Positions 18,879 through 29,306 of a stretch of 64,000 bases of DNA are shown here, piece by piece; within the stretch, counting starts at the first letter, position 1; each line of letters starts with the position of its first letter. The stretch comes from an uncultured Chthonomonadaceae bacterium (GTDB lineage Bacteria > Armatimonadota > Chthonomonadetes > Chthonomonadales > Chthonomonadaceae): the NCBI GenBank assembly GCA_963835065.1, contig CAWIEK010000065.1, positions 29,898 to 93,897 of the forward strand, written 5' to 3'. A program made the translations under genes and the position numbers. The notes under the pieces were generated by a model. The model worked only from the letters and a program-made list of their open reading frames with translations. It made no database searches and was not told the DNA's origin.

Positions 18879-20379
18879 TCAGGGCCGGTTTCCCCGCGCC
18901 ATGCGCTGTATTCGCTGCCATATCGTTTCCGGTTTGGCTTGCTTCGCGCTTGCTGGCGCCGGCCGCGCAGTCGGGGCGGTGGCAGGGAAGAAGTTTCGGT
19001 CTTCGGCATTTCTGCCACAACGGGAGCGGTAGGCAGAGACGAAGGCAGGGAGGCTGTCGGCGCTGCGCTTGCTGCCACGCTTGCAGCGACACGCGAAGGC
19101 GCAGCAGACGCGGTGGGCTGCGAACTTGCTGCCATCATTGCCTCAACAGGCAAGGGCCGAGAGGTAGTTTCGAACTTCGCGCTTTCTGTTACCACTGCCA
19201 GGACAGCGGGCAACGCGGACTCGGCAGGCGTTTTGGCATCCAAATTCCATATCTCGCTCATCATGTCCGGCACATGGAACTGATCGCGGTGGTCCGCGCG
19301 CTCCAATTCTGCCAAGCCCTTCAAAATCAGCCGTCCCAGCGAGTCATTGGCAATGCCCATGAGCTGGTGATTGCGGAACAAGTTAGTCTCGATGCCATGC
19401 ACCGCGCCTACCACATTCATCAGGCGCTTCATGATGCCATGAGGCGGCACTTTTGCTACGCCGAGCATGTCCGACACTTCCTCCCCCATATACAGCCGGA
19501 TTTGCGCGGGAATAACCCCATCCATAATTTCGCCGGGCAGTATTTCCTCCAACACGTCTACCAATCCGCTCGTCAGGGCGATCCCGGAGAGACTCGACGC
19601 ATAGACCCGCTTGGCAATGGTCTCATACAACGATTTGCCGTCCTCGACGTTCTCCGGCAGCAGCGTCTCGTCCACGCCCATCAGATAACCCACATAGCGC
19701 CAGGTGTGCATGAAGGCCTCCTGCTCTTCAGGAGACACATACAGGTGCGACTTCGCCATGCCATCCAAGACAACGGTGGCAAAAGTCATCAGGGTGAGCG
19801 CCAGATATTCCTGATTGAGAGGTATGCCCCATTCCTTCTCGTTCCAGCGCCCCTCCGGCTGATGATGCAGGATACGGCGATTGGTGGCATGAAGCAGGCG
19901 CACCTTTTTGGCCGTAATCGCGCCGTGATTATTGTCCGTCAGGTTACCGGGCTGCAGCACGTCGAGGGCAAAGCGCGTGGTTTCGATGACGCGGCGGCGG
20001 GGATGTTTGGTCAACTGATGCGATTGATCCAGCGCAACCACACCCGGCGCATCGGCATAACACGCAGGCAGCGACGCGCACATCAAAATCATGCAGAGTT
20101 CCACGCCATGCCGTATGCACAGGTCGGCTCCCATGGCGATTTTGTCCGAATCTACCCACGCCGGCCTGTCTTCATTCAGAAAATAGGCTTTCATATCGTC
20201 GCGCATATCGTCGGGTACGGTTTCATGGACCTTGACAATCTGGCGTATCAAATTACCATCTTTTGTTCGCCCGTGAGTTCGTCACTGCCTTCTGCGACAA
20301 CTTCCGCGACAAGTTTGTCTGCCCACTTATCCCCTTCATACCGCTTATTCACCAGCGCCTGTGACCAATCTTTTGCCAT
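18879..20379 (-). CDS. MpaB/Lcp-type oxygenase (DUF2236) family protein; apparent frameshifts near both ends
   Basis: PAWVD, SLP.CY, RRVIET, KVRLLHA..R, WGIPLNQE, WRYVGYLMGVD in ORF 18824..20251. An N-terminus MAKDWSQ..GDKWAD starts at 20379, and an alternative C-terminus ...WQRIQRMARGNRP ends at 18879. Confidence 0.8.
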
Positions 20380-20687
20380 GTTTGTCTACTCCCTTTACCC
20401 TCAGCCGTGAATGTCTATTGAGAGGGCCATACCTGATGATAGTACCTGTACTTTTTGTGCCAATAGCCTATTCAGACATGGAATTGCGCGGAATTTGCGC
20501 GCTGTGCGCGGAATTTGCATATTTGGAATCGCGCTGCAAATCCTGTGAGGATTGCGGAAGTCGTATAATGCAAGAGGAAGCTGCAGGCAGGGAGGCAATA
20601 CCCTGTGGAAGAGCATTTCGGCAGCCAGTTGCGGGCGTAACCGTAAGATGCGGGGCTGACACAGGCGCAGTTGGCAATTCGCGCTTA

Positions 20688-20965
20688 TCAGGCGCTTCGT
20701 TCCAACTGATTTGCAAGCGCGTCGGCCTCTTTTTTGTAATAATCCGCCTGTTCCGCGGTAATCAAGGCGTAAGCCTGCCGCAAATGGCTGTCCGTATCGT
20801 TCCGGGCGCCCATTTTCAGGAACACGGACGTTTGGAAGAGTTGGCGCATAATGGGATAATAGTACGCCTTGCCCGGAATTTGCAGGTCAACCTCCAATGC
20901 CTCCTCGCAACGCCCTTCCTGAACCAGAAGACTGGCGTGAACCACTTGAATTCCTTCGAGAACGT
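20688..20965 (-). pseudogene. 3' fragment of a TPR-like helical protein
   Basis: HASLLVQEGRCEEAL...HLRQAYALI; lacks its own start and abuts the PEP-CTERM fragment. Confidence 0.45.
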
Positions 20966-21071
20966 AAGCGGAAATACCGTTACTGCCGTTCCCGAACCCG
21001 GCAGCATCGCCCTGCTTGTCGGCCTGGGCGTGACCGGCGCAGGCTTTCTCGTCCGCAAAAGTCGCAAGTAG
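20962..21071 (+). pseudogene. Orphan PEP-CTERM sorting tail
   Basis: TAVPEPGSIALLVGLGVTGAGFLVRKSRK-stop without a plausible signal peptide or body upstream. Confidence 0.8.
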
Positions 21072-21190
21072 GCGGTGCATCCCGCTTCTTGCCGTATTCG
21101 CCTGCGTGGAAGTAGGCGAATACGACCTGCGCGTGAGAGGGTTGGCGCAGGCGCTCCCCTGCCGCATTTCGTACCTGATTTAACAAGTTC

Positions 21191-21235
21191 AAATCGCTGT
21201 ATCTCCTTGATTTATTAATGGAGATACAGCGATTT
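21191..21235. repeat. 16-bp perfect inverted repeat
   Basis: aaatcgctgtatctcc ... ggagatacagcgattt. Confidence 0.7.
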
Positions 21236-21414
21236 CCTGTTGCTTGTGTTCCGTTCGTGTTCCGCCAAATTTCCAGGCTTGCGAATGTCTCGCCACCGCG
21301 CCCCGCTTGCAAATCTACTCCGTTGCCTCCTTCGCGCTTGCCGCCGCGTCTTCCGGTTCCGGGTCGTCCTGCGGGCGCGCTGCCCAAAACGCGGGCGCGG
21401 TCAGCCGGCTCCAC

Positions 21415-21663
21415 AATCAGGTTTGTTGGGCTTGACCCAGGCAGGCGGTTCGGGTTTCCCTTCGGGAGCCCCGTTGCTGTCGCCGCGCTTGAGACGCTCG
21501 ATCTCCTGCCGCAGCGTGTCCACCTGCTGTTGCAGGAACCCGATCAGTTCGGCTTGTTGCTCTACAACCACGAGCAGGTCTTCTTTAGAAAGGGAAGGGA
21601 AAGCAGTCATACCGCTACTACGAGGCAGACGCCAAAAAGATTCTCACAACCCTGAACAGTTAC
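21415..21663 (-). mobile_element. IS66-like remnant: terminal GTAACTGTTCAG plus transposase N-terminal coiled coil
   Basis: GTAA-starting end at 21663, then LSKEDL...LRQEIERLKR...PPAWVKPN, truncated. Confidence 0.65.
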
Positions 21664-21854
21664 AGGCAAAACGCGGGCTTGCTTTTTTGCGCTGAATCTT
21701 GTACAATGGCAGATAGAAATAGTCAGCAACGGTGACTTCCGCTCGGCCTGTGGCGTATACACAGATACCTTCCCATAACGACATTGCCGATACGATGCTG
21801 CTGTTACGGGAGAACCCGGACTAAACCAGAAACAATTAGAGGAGCGACACAATC

Positions 21855-22265
21855 ATGGCGACTTTGGAAGCGGTTCAAAATACGGGCGTTGTCCTCAGCG
21901 AGCGCGCTGCGGAAGAGATCAGCAGCCTGCTGGAACGACAGGGCAAATCCAGCGCGGCTTTGCGCGTGTTCGTGTCGGGCGGCGGCTGCTCCGGCCTGAA
22001 CTACGGCATGGCGATTGACGACGAGGTGGAAGAAGACGATTTCACGTTCACCTGCAACGGCGTCAAAGTGGTCGTAGACCCGCACAGCATGCCCTACATC
22101 AAGGGCGCGTCCGTGGATTACGTCGAGGACGTGATGGGCGGCGGCTTCAAGATTGACAACCCCAACGCGGTACGCTCGTGCGGCTGCGGCAGTTCGTTCT
22201 CCACCGAAGACGCTCCCGAACCGACCAGTGGCGGCGGCTGCGGTTCCGGTTGCGGCTGCCATTAG
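21855..22265 (+). CDS. iscA: A-type Fe-S carrier (IscA/ErpA/HesB family)
   Basis: LRVFVSGGGCSG..Y, VDY...GGGFKI.NPNA..SCGCGSSF. Confidence 0.93.
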   Translation: MATLEAVQNTGVVLSERAAEEISSLLERQGKSSAALRVFVSGGGCSGLNYGMAIDDEVEEDDFTFTCNGVKVVVDPHSMPYIKGASVDYVEDVMGGGFKIDNPNAVRSCGCGSSFSTEDAPEPTSGGGCGSGCGCH

Positions 22266-22296
22266 GCAGTTGATAGGGATTAGTTGATAGTTGATA

Positions 22297-22334
22297 GTAG
22301 AGCGGAGCGTACAAGCCCATGCCTGTACGCTCCG
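22297..22334. repeat. GTAG-type REP-like hairpin between convergent genes (may act as a terminator)
   Basis: GTAG followed by the 11-bp stem cggagcgtaca/tgtacgctccg, preceded by a TTGATAG array. Confidence 0.6.
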
Positions 22335-22368
22335 TCTTATTTGCTGTCTCCTCGTTAAATCCTCTACA

Positions 22369-23775
22369 TTATTTTTTCTGCCAGTCGCGGATGTCAACCA
22401 AATGACCTGCGATGGCGGCGGCGGCGGCCATTTGCGGGCTGACGAGATGGGTGCGCCCGCCTTTCCCCTGCCGTCCCTCGAAGTTGCGGTTAGATGTGGA
22501 CGCGCAGCGCTGCCCCGGCTGTAAAATGTCGGGGTTCATGCCCAGGCACATGGAACAGCCCGCTTCGCGCCAGTCGAAACCGGCTTCCTGAAAGATTTTG
22601 TCCAATCCTTCCGCTTCCGCTTGTAATTTTACCTGCGCCGAACCGGGCACGACCAGGGCGTGAACGCGCGGATTTACTTTATGCCCCCGCGCAATCGCCG
22701 CCGCCGCCCGCAGGTCTTCGATGCGCCCATTCGTGCAGGAGCCGATGAACACTTTGTCCAGCATCAGGGATTGCAGCGGCATCCCCGGTTCCAGCCCCAT
22801 ATATTCCAGCGCGCGCAGGGTGGAACGCCGTTCGGACTCGCTTTCCAGCGCGTCGGGTACGGGAACGGCTTCGGTAATCGGCAGCGCCATGCCGGGATTG
22901 GTTCCCCACGACACATAGGGCGCAATCTCCCCGGCGTTCAAAACAACGGTTGTATCGAACGTCGCGCCCGCGTCTGTCGGCAACTGCTTCCATTCGGCAG
23001 CCGCTGCTTCCCAATCCGCTCCCTGCGGCGCGAACGGACGGCCTTTCAGGTATTCCAACGTTTTTTCATCCGGCGCGATCATGCCGGCCCGCGCGCCTGC
23101 TTCGATGCTCATGTTGCACACGGTCATGCGGCCTTCCATGGACAGGCTGCGGATCGCCTCGCCCGTATATTCCACCGCGTAGCCCGTCGCGCCGTCCGTG
23201 CCGATTTTGCCGATGATGGCGAGAATAATGTCTTTGGCCGTGACGCCCGTTCCCAACTGCCCGTCCACGCGGATTTCCATTGTTTTCGGGCGCGATTGGG
23301 GCAGGCATTGCGTGGCGAGAACGTGTTCCACTTCACTGGTTCCGATACCAAACGCCAACGCGCCGAACGCGCCGTGCGTACTGGTATGGCTGTCGCCGCA
23401 AACAATGGTCATTCCCGGCTGTGTCAAGCCCAGTTCCGGCCCGATAACGTGGACAATGCCCTGCCTCTTATCGTGAATATCGTACAGCGTAATGCCAAAT
23501 TCCTGACAATTACGGGCAAGCGCGTCCATCTGGCGGCGCGAAATCTCGTCCGCAATCGGCAGTGAGCGATCCGTCGTCGGCACGTTATGATCCATCGTGG
23601 CAACCGTCAGTTCAGGGCGTCGAACCTTGCGCCCGTTCAGGCGCAGCCCGTCAAACGCCTGCGGGCTGGTCACTTCATGCACTAGATGCAGGTCTATATA
23701 CAGCAGGGCAGGCTGCTCCGCGTCCTGCCGTACAACATGCGCTTCCCAAATCTTCTCGAACATCGTCTTTGACAT
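22369..23775 (-). CDS. leuC: 3-isopropylmalate dehydratase large subunit
   Basis: [57 protein letters not shown]. Confidence 0.97.
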   Translation of the reverse strand: MSKTMFEKIWEAHVVRQDAEQPALLYIDLHLVHEVTSPQAFDGLRLNGRKVRRPELTVATMDHNVPTTDRSLPIADEISRRQMDALARNCQEFGITLYDIHDKRQGIVHVIGPELGLTQPGMTIVCGDSHTSTHGAFGALAFGIGTSEVEHVLATQCLPQSRPKTMEIRVDGQLGTGVTAKDIILAIIGKIGTDGATGYAVEYTGEAIRSLSMEGRMTVCNMSIEAGARAGMIAPDEKTLEYLKGRPFAPQGADWEAAAAEWKQLPTDAGATFDTTVVLNAGEIAPYVSWGTNPGMALPITEAVPVPDALESESERRSTLRALEYMGLEPGMPLQSLMLDKVFIGSCTNGRIEDLRAAAAIARGHKVNPRVHALVVPGSAQVKLQAEAEGLDKIFQEAGFDWREAGCSMCLGMNPDILQPGQRCASTSNRNFEGRQGKGGRTHLVSPQMAAAAAIAGHLVDIRDWQKK

Positions 23776-23854
23776 GATAACTTCTCCTCTGAATATAGTA
23801 TAGCCATTCCGCCCTGATATGTCAAAAGTCCAAGACGATCTTTCTATGACCCTA

Positions 23855-23919
23855 ATAGGCAGCAAACAAGAACGGGGAGGCGAAAACTCTCCGCCTCCCC
23901 GTTCTTGTTTGCTGCCTAT
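23855..23919. terminator. Perfect 28-bp stem hairpin downstream of the island genes
   Basis: ataggcagcaaacaagaacggggaggcg / cgcctccccgttcttgtttgctgcctat with a 9-nt loop. Confidence 0.7.
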
Positions 23920-23928
23920 CGAGTAGGT

Positions 23929-24906
23929 TTAACCTGATGCGGCTTTTTTCCAGGCAGTCAACTTATCCAGGAAGTCCTGCCAGAAGGAGGCGCCTGCCGA
24001 CGCGCCAAATCCGGTCAAAACATAACCTGTCGGTGCGCCTTCAGGAGTTAAGCAAGCGGGAAGATTAGAAGGCTCAAACAAAGGAGCCAATGCCTGCAAA
24101 GCGTTAAGATGAAAGCAAGATGCAAGCAAGATTCCGAAAACTATGGAGATGAGACGCATAATCCATGCCCAGCGCGCCACCGCTTTTTCTCTATTTCTAT
24201 CTGCTTTCTGGATTTCTTGCAGCAGCGAGTTTACATCTGTATCAGTGACAGGTACCGTTTTATCATCCATCAGCACCCATGTACGCTGGATTATTGTAGC
24301 ATCCGATGCATTAATGAGGCTGTTGTAAGTTATCCCGTAAGCGACGGACATCACATCTTGTGGATGTGGTCTGAAAAGCGTCCAGATCGTCTTAAACAAA
24401 TCCGTGAGTTTGTCGGCTCCAATGCCAAGCAGCAGCATTGTCAGCAGGAAAGACATGAGGGCCGCAAATATCTGCTGTAAATTGATCTGCCAGGGAAGCG
24501 CTGTGACATTGAGCGCGACACTCTTCGAGGCAGGAAGGGTTGTATCTCCAGCAGATAGGGGGCCGACCGAGATTGTGAGTGTTGCCTGCCCGGCTTTTTC
24601 GCCTGCTTGCAGCAGAATTGTCGCCTGTCCCTTGATGACGGGAACAGGCGAGAGGAGTACGTGAATACAGTCTTTGCCTGCCGCATTTACTTCTGCAGAG
24701 ATGTATTTGCCATCGGCTTTGCTGGTGTCCGCGCCGTCTCGCAGGTCAACCATGAGCGGCACGACGGTTTTGCCGTCTGCGGTCAAAGCCGGCACGGGTG
24801 AAGTGACAGTCAGGATCAGGGCTGCCTTGATCGGGCCGGCAATCAGCAGCGCGAGCAGGACAATACCAGATATAAGCAGGGAGCGAAGAAGGTAAGGTTT
24901 CATCAT
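23929..24906 (-). CDS. Hypothetical membrane protein: signal/TM, Ig-like (Big_1-like) segment, C-terminal TM bundle
   Basis: LTADGKTVV.L.V.L.D ... GQAT..LQAG.KAGQATLT; TM region ending GYVLTGFGASAGASFWQDFLDKL. Confidence 0.7.
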   Translation of the reverse strand: MMKPYLLRSLLISGIVLLALLIAGPIKAALILTVTSPVPALTADGKTVVPLMVDLRDGADTSKADGKYISAEVNAAGKDCIHVLLSPVPVIKGQATILLQAGEKAGQATLTISVGPLSAGDTTLPASKSVALNVTALPWQINLQQIFAALMSFLLTMLLLGIGADKLTDLFKTIWTLFRPHPQDVMSVAYGITYNSLINASDATIIQRTWVLMDDKTVPVTDTDVNSLLQEIQKADRNREKAVARWAWIMRLISIVFGILLASCFHLNALQALAPLFEPSNLPACLTPEGAPTGYVLTGFGASAGASFWQDFLDKLTAWKKAASG

Positions 24907-24948
24907 TTATGTGGCCGGGAAACACCAGTTGGTAGCCTGCCGTTACAT

Positions 24949-26819
24949 TTACGGCTTCTTCCTAACAGCGAATACTCCTTGAATTATGCTGCGTCGTTCC
25001 AGCAAGCTAAACTCATGGCTCGTTGCCGGTTCACAGCAATATTTGTATCCGGGCTGTATATGAGGAGTTCATAGCCATCCGGCACGTTGATTTGATAGAT
25101 TCCGCGCGGCAAAAAACGAAACTGGTTTTGCAGAACCGGGATCAATGTTGAGCCGCTGACGGAGGGATTAGCAGGGGGACGAGCAATCAATCGAATCACC
25201 GTTTGATCCGCTCCGGTTACAGCAGCGCCGCTTTCATCTTTCATGCGGATGAGCGTAATGGTGACATTTGGCGCGTTCGCCGGCGCATACAATGTAAACT
25301 GCGCCAATCCCAAACTTTGCGCTACCTGTTCGCTTGCCACGCCAAAGTCACCCCCTGCCGTCGGGTTTTTGACTTTGAGCGAAGTGACTGTGGTTTTGCT
25401 GCCTAACAAACGCGACAGGTCGAAAGAGACCGCGCCCGCAATTCGGGAGGACGTGGAGGTTCGCGTAGTGTCCGAGAGTTGATCAATCTGCAGCCCGATG
25501 GAAAGCTGCAGCACATCCAGGGCAAGGCTTGGGCCGAGGAAAAGCGCGTTGCCGTCAGGTCGGATGCCGAATAAAAGACCTGCCCGGAGAACGTCGGCGG
25601 GATTGGCTTCCAGAATGATGCCTGTCAGCCCGGAAATGTGCTTGTCGCTGACCACCGCGCCGGTAAAGGGAGAAGCATTGCGCGTTCCGCCGAGAATACC
25701 CTTTGACACCACATCCCCCAGCGTTGTCCCACTGCCGAACTGAAGCAGGGCTTCCAGATAGCTGGACTGACTGGTCGCGCTGATCTGATTCAGGGAATTA
25801 TCCGTGAGCGGCACAAGCTTCAGTTTGTCGCCGCTCGTATCGAAATCAAGTTGGGGAACCCGGTTGATGCTGACGGCTTGATTGGTATTGAGCCATTGCG
25901 CAGACACTTTGAAGGTTGTTTCCGTCTGACCACTCACGGCCACATCTGTGGTTATTTTCGGAGCGTCTACCCAGATAACATACCGATACACGAAGATTGT
26001 GTTAGTCGCGTTTGCTCCTCCCGTAGATGATGCAACTGCGCGGGTAAAGCGATAACGTCGAATATGCCAGGTCAGTTTATCCTGCAACTTCTGAGTTTGC
26101 GCCGCTCCGGTAATGTCTACCGTCATGCCGATGCCGCTATTTCGTAACAGGAAAGCAACGATGGCATGATCCCGTAGTAGGCCATAGTACTCGATTGGCT
26201 GCAAACCACCCTGCTTAAGAAGTGAAAAGCCAGGCGTTGCGGTTCCCGTCATCGTTGGATCAGGAACTGTCCAAGCATTGATGGTGTTGCTATTCCAGGT
26301 GTTGACGATGGCTTCCAGAGAGCTTGTAGAGGGTTCGGAAGCGTTTGGATCTCCCTTGAACAACTGCGCAAACACATTTTTCAGGTCTGACTCATATTCT
26401 TTCCGATACGCGGGATCTTTCGGGTCTTTCCCATGCGCGAGCCACTTGTTGGAGAAATCCACTGTCAGTTCATCGGCGCTGTACCGCGTAACCTCTTCCA
26501 GCAATTCGGGATCTGAAGGAAGCAGATCCCATCGCAGGAGCAGTGTTGCGCGTTGATGGCCGTTGACGTAATTTATCAAGCCATTGGCAAGTGAAAGCGA
26601 GAGCGCTTTTGGCGTTGGCAGTACCGATTTCAAGGTGGCATCGGTACCGGTGGACATGGATGCGCCCGAAGATGTCGAACCACTTCCACTAGCGGTTCCC
26701 GTTCCTCCTGAACTGCTTGCTCCGCCAGAACTGCCGGAACCGCCGGCTTGCCCCTGTCCCCAGGCAGGTGACTGGCTCAACAGCAGAGCCAGCAGAAATA
26801 GACAAGAGAATTTATGCAC
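24949..26819 (-). CDS. Hypothetical secreted protein (signal peptide, Gly/Ser linker, beta-rich C-terminal half); probable frameshift ~25030
   Basis: 611-aa ORF 24984..26819; an alternate frame continues to ...GVFAVRKKP-stop near 24949. Confidence 0.7.
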
Positions 26820-26873
26820 AAGAACCTCCTGAAACTATGCCATGTCGTTCGCATGGCTTCTAAAGAAGCGCTT

Positions 26874-27485
26874 CTAAAACAGGAACGCCGGGTAACATTC
26901 CAACAGCGTCGAGCCATCCGGGCGCAGAGCGGCAGTCAGCACAAATCCAACCAGCGTAGTCGGGTCGTTGGCAAGCACGACGGGAGCGCCCTGCTGAACG
27001 GAGTTGACCATCGAGCCGGGTATGATAACTTTGAAGGCGGACACGGAATGTGGCTGTTGAAGCGGATAGTCTGTGTCATTGATCTGCCCCGCAATCTGTC
27101 CATCCTGCTGTGAACCGAATAGTACGGTCACATCCAACCCATCCGCGACTTGCCCCTGTGGAAGCGCGACACTGAAGGCGCGGAACAGCTGAGCCATTCC
27201 CGGCACAGGGTCACACCAGGCGATTGGCTGAAGCGTACCCGGGCTGGTTACGGGATGATCGTAGGCCGCAATAGTGGCAAGCGTACTTGACGTGGAGCGG
27301 TCGTTGATAGCCGCTCCAATCAATGAGCCAGGGGGCGGCGGATTATAATTTTCATCGCCTGCCTGAATCTGGTAGAGAGTCACATCCAGCGTAACGGCCA
27401 ATTGGTTGCGAGGGGTCCACATACCGACGCATTGGCGTGAGGGGCTGCTGGCGCTGCCGTTTTGTCCGGCGCAAAATACAAGCAT
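26874..27485 (-). CDS. Hypothetical protein, possibly a degenerate trypsin-like fold
   Basis: AGGAGG RBS; C-terminal QQGAPVV...LVGFVL resembles the GDSG.PV...LVG motif without the catalytic Ser. Confidence 0.6.
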   Translation of the reverse strand: MLVFCAGQNGSASSPSRQCVGMWTPRNQLAVTLDVTLYQIQAGDENYNPPPPGSLIGAAINDRSTSSTLATIAAYDHPVTSPGTLQPIAWCDPVPGMAQLFRAFSVALPQGQVADGLDVTVLFGSQQDGQIAGQINDTDYPLQQPHSVSAFKVIIPGSMVNSVQQGAPVVLANDPTTLVGFVLTAALRPDGSTLLECYPAFLF

Positions 27486-27660
27486 TTTGTATCCTCCTTA
27501 TCAAGAAAGTAATGGCAGTCTGCCACGTTGAAATTCATTCCATGTGATTTGCAGGAAATCATTTAATAATTTTATTAAAATGCTAAAAACGAAGGCATCC
27601 AGCAGAATTAAATTACTCTGCCGGATGCCTTGAAACAGACAGTAGTGAAAACTGTGCAGG

Positions 27661-28848
27661 TTATCGTAGGCCGAGCAGCAATTCCGTTGTCAGTTGGTCG
27701 AGTTTTTCGTAGCCGTAGCCTTTTTTGCCGTACGCGATGCGATCCACGTTCAGATTCTTGATCTTGTTCATGTTGTCGGCGGAATAGGAGCCGAGCAGCG
27801 GGCCGATGCCTTCCGTGTCCATGCTCAGGTTCTGAACCATGCCCTGAATTTCCGGGTCGGCGTTGAACTGCCGCGCTCTTTCCTTCAAAATCAGATACGT
27901 TCGCATGCAGCCCCGCGCAAAGTCCCACACGCCTGCCTCGTCTTCCGTGCGGTAGGCGTGGGCGTCGAAGTGGCGCATGCCCTCGTAGCCGCTGTCTTCC
28001 AGCATCTTCACCAGAAAGAAGTTGGCCTTGATGTCTTCCGCGCCGAAGCGGTAATCCTGATCGTAGCGTCCCGGCTTCTGGCCGTTGAGGTCAATATGGA
28101 ACAGTTTGCCCGCGTCAATGGCCTGCGCGACGGCATGGACGAAGTTCAGGCCGGCCATCGTGTCGTGCGCGAATTCGGGGTTGACGCCGAACTTTTCCGG
28201 TTTTTCCAATGTGGCGATAAAGCCTAATGCGCTGCCCACTGTCGGCAAATAGATGTCGCCGCGCGGCTCATTGGGCTTGGGTTCCAGGCCGAACTTAAAG
28301 CCATACCCCTGCGCGTCGTCATACGCGGACAGGAAATTCAAACACTCGCGGAACCGCTTCATCGAATCGCGGGCGTCCTTGCTGGCGTCGGTTTCCGTTC
28401 CCTCGCGCCCGCCCCAGAACACGTAGATTTTCGCGCCCATTTCCGCGCCCAAATCCATCGCGCTCATCGTCTTCTGCACGGCATACGCACGCACTTTCGG
28501 GTCATTGGACGTAAACGCGCCGTCCTTGAAAATTGGGTCGGAAAACAGGTTCGTGGTCGCCATCGGCACAACCATGCCGTAATCGTTCAGCGCCTTTTTG
28601 AAGTCACGCACGATCTGATCCCGTTCGCCGGGCGTGGCGTCAATGGGAACCAGGTCGTTGTCGTGGAAATTGACGCCATACGCGCCAAGTTCGCTGAGTT
28701 TCTGCACAATCGTTGTCGGCTCGAAGACAAGGCCGCACGGCGAAACCATCGGGCGCGTGTTCGGCCCGAACGGATCGCGGCCCGGATTGCCGACCGTCCA
28801 AAGTCCGAAGGTAAATTTGTCGCTTTTCTGTGGGGTGAAATCGCTCAT
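27661..28848 (-). CDS. xylA: Xylose isomerase (class I, Actinobacteria/Thermus type)
   Basis: [52 protein letters not shown]. Confidence 0.97.
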   Translation of the reverse strand: MSDFTPQKSDKFTFGLWTVGNPGRDPFGPNTRPMVSPCGLVFEPTTIVQKLSELGAYGVNFHDNDLVPIDATPGERDQIVRDFKKALNDYGMVVPMATTNLFSDPIFKDGAFTSNDPKVRAYAVQKTMSAMDLGAEMGAKIYVFWGGREGTETDASKDARDSMKRFRECLNFLSAYDDAQGYGFKFGLEPKPNEPRGDIYLPTVGSALGFIATLEKPEKFGVNPEFAHDTMAGLNFVHAVAQAIDAGKLFHIDLNGQKPGRYDQDYRFGAEDIKANFFLVKMLEDSGYEGMRHFDAHAYRTEDEAGVWDFARGCMRTYLILKERARQFNADPEIQGMVQNLSMDTEGIGPLLGSYSADNMNKIKNLNVDRIAYGKKGYGYEKLDQLTTELLLGLR

Positions 28849-28912
28849 TGAAGTACATCCTTCCTGAGAGTAGGGTTTATGGCCGCGCAAAATTTCGGGC
28901 CATTACCCTGCT

Positions 28913-28940
28913 ATTCACCCCCTGCCAACCGCTATCCTGC
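28913..28940 (-). promoter_or_regulatory. SigH-like promoter candidate GCAGGA-N18-GAAT upstream of xylA
   Basis: Exact motif about 65 bp upstream of the start. Confidence 0.55.
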
Positions 28941-29117
28941 CGAACAATGAAAATTGCGCCTGTTCCGCCGCGCTTTTCAGGCACAGCTTCATTAGACCTC
29001 TTTCATAAGTCCTTGCGAACGCGGCAATCCCTATCCCATCAAGTAGACTTATGAAAGAGAGCTATTTAAGAACACGCAATGTCTTCTCAAAGCTATTGTG
29101 TTAATGATACTGGGCGA

Positions 29118-29147
29118 GCGTCAATACAGCGTCAATAGCCGCGTCAA
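29118..29147. promoter_or_regulatory. Three GCGTCAA direct repeats at 11-12-bp period (SARP/OmpR-type site candidate)
   Basis: gcgtcaa-taca-gcgtcaa-tagcc-gcgtcaa, adjacent to a BTAD regulator gene. Confidence 0.55.
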
Positions 29148-29306
29148 CGGCGCATCGGACCGGGCTGTAATTCAAAAACATCGCAATAATACTGTTCAAC
29201 TCTGATAATCACGTGAGAACACAACGCGCCAAACGAACGCGCCAACCATTGCTGATAGCAACGGTTGGCGCGGGGAATGTGGCAGAAGCCAAAAGTAAAG
29301 ACGACC

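Noticed and set aside
18950..20410. 486-aa plus-strand ORF and similar long antisense ORFs (9836..10897, 52281..53483, 41701..42726)
   Set aside because: Shadow ORFs opposite well-supported genes in high-GC DNA.
21170..21200. Possible dif site or tRNA fragment (ttgttaaat, gttcaaatc)
   Set aside because: No XerC arm at the right spacing and no cloverleaf or acceptor stem.
22369..23775. leuC without leuD, xylA without xylB, ABC operon without ATPase
   Set aside because: Dispersed operons and shared sugar ATPases are common; partners are probably elsewhere in the genome.
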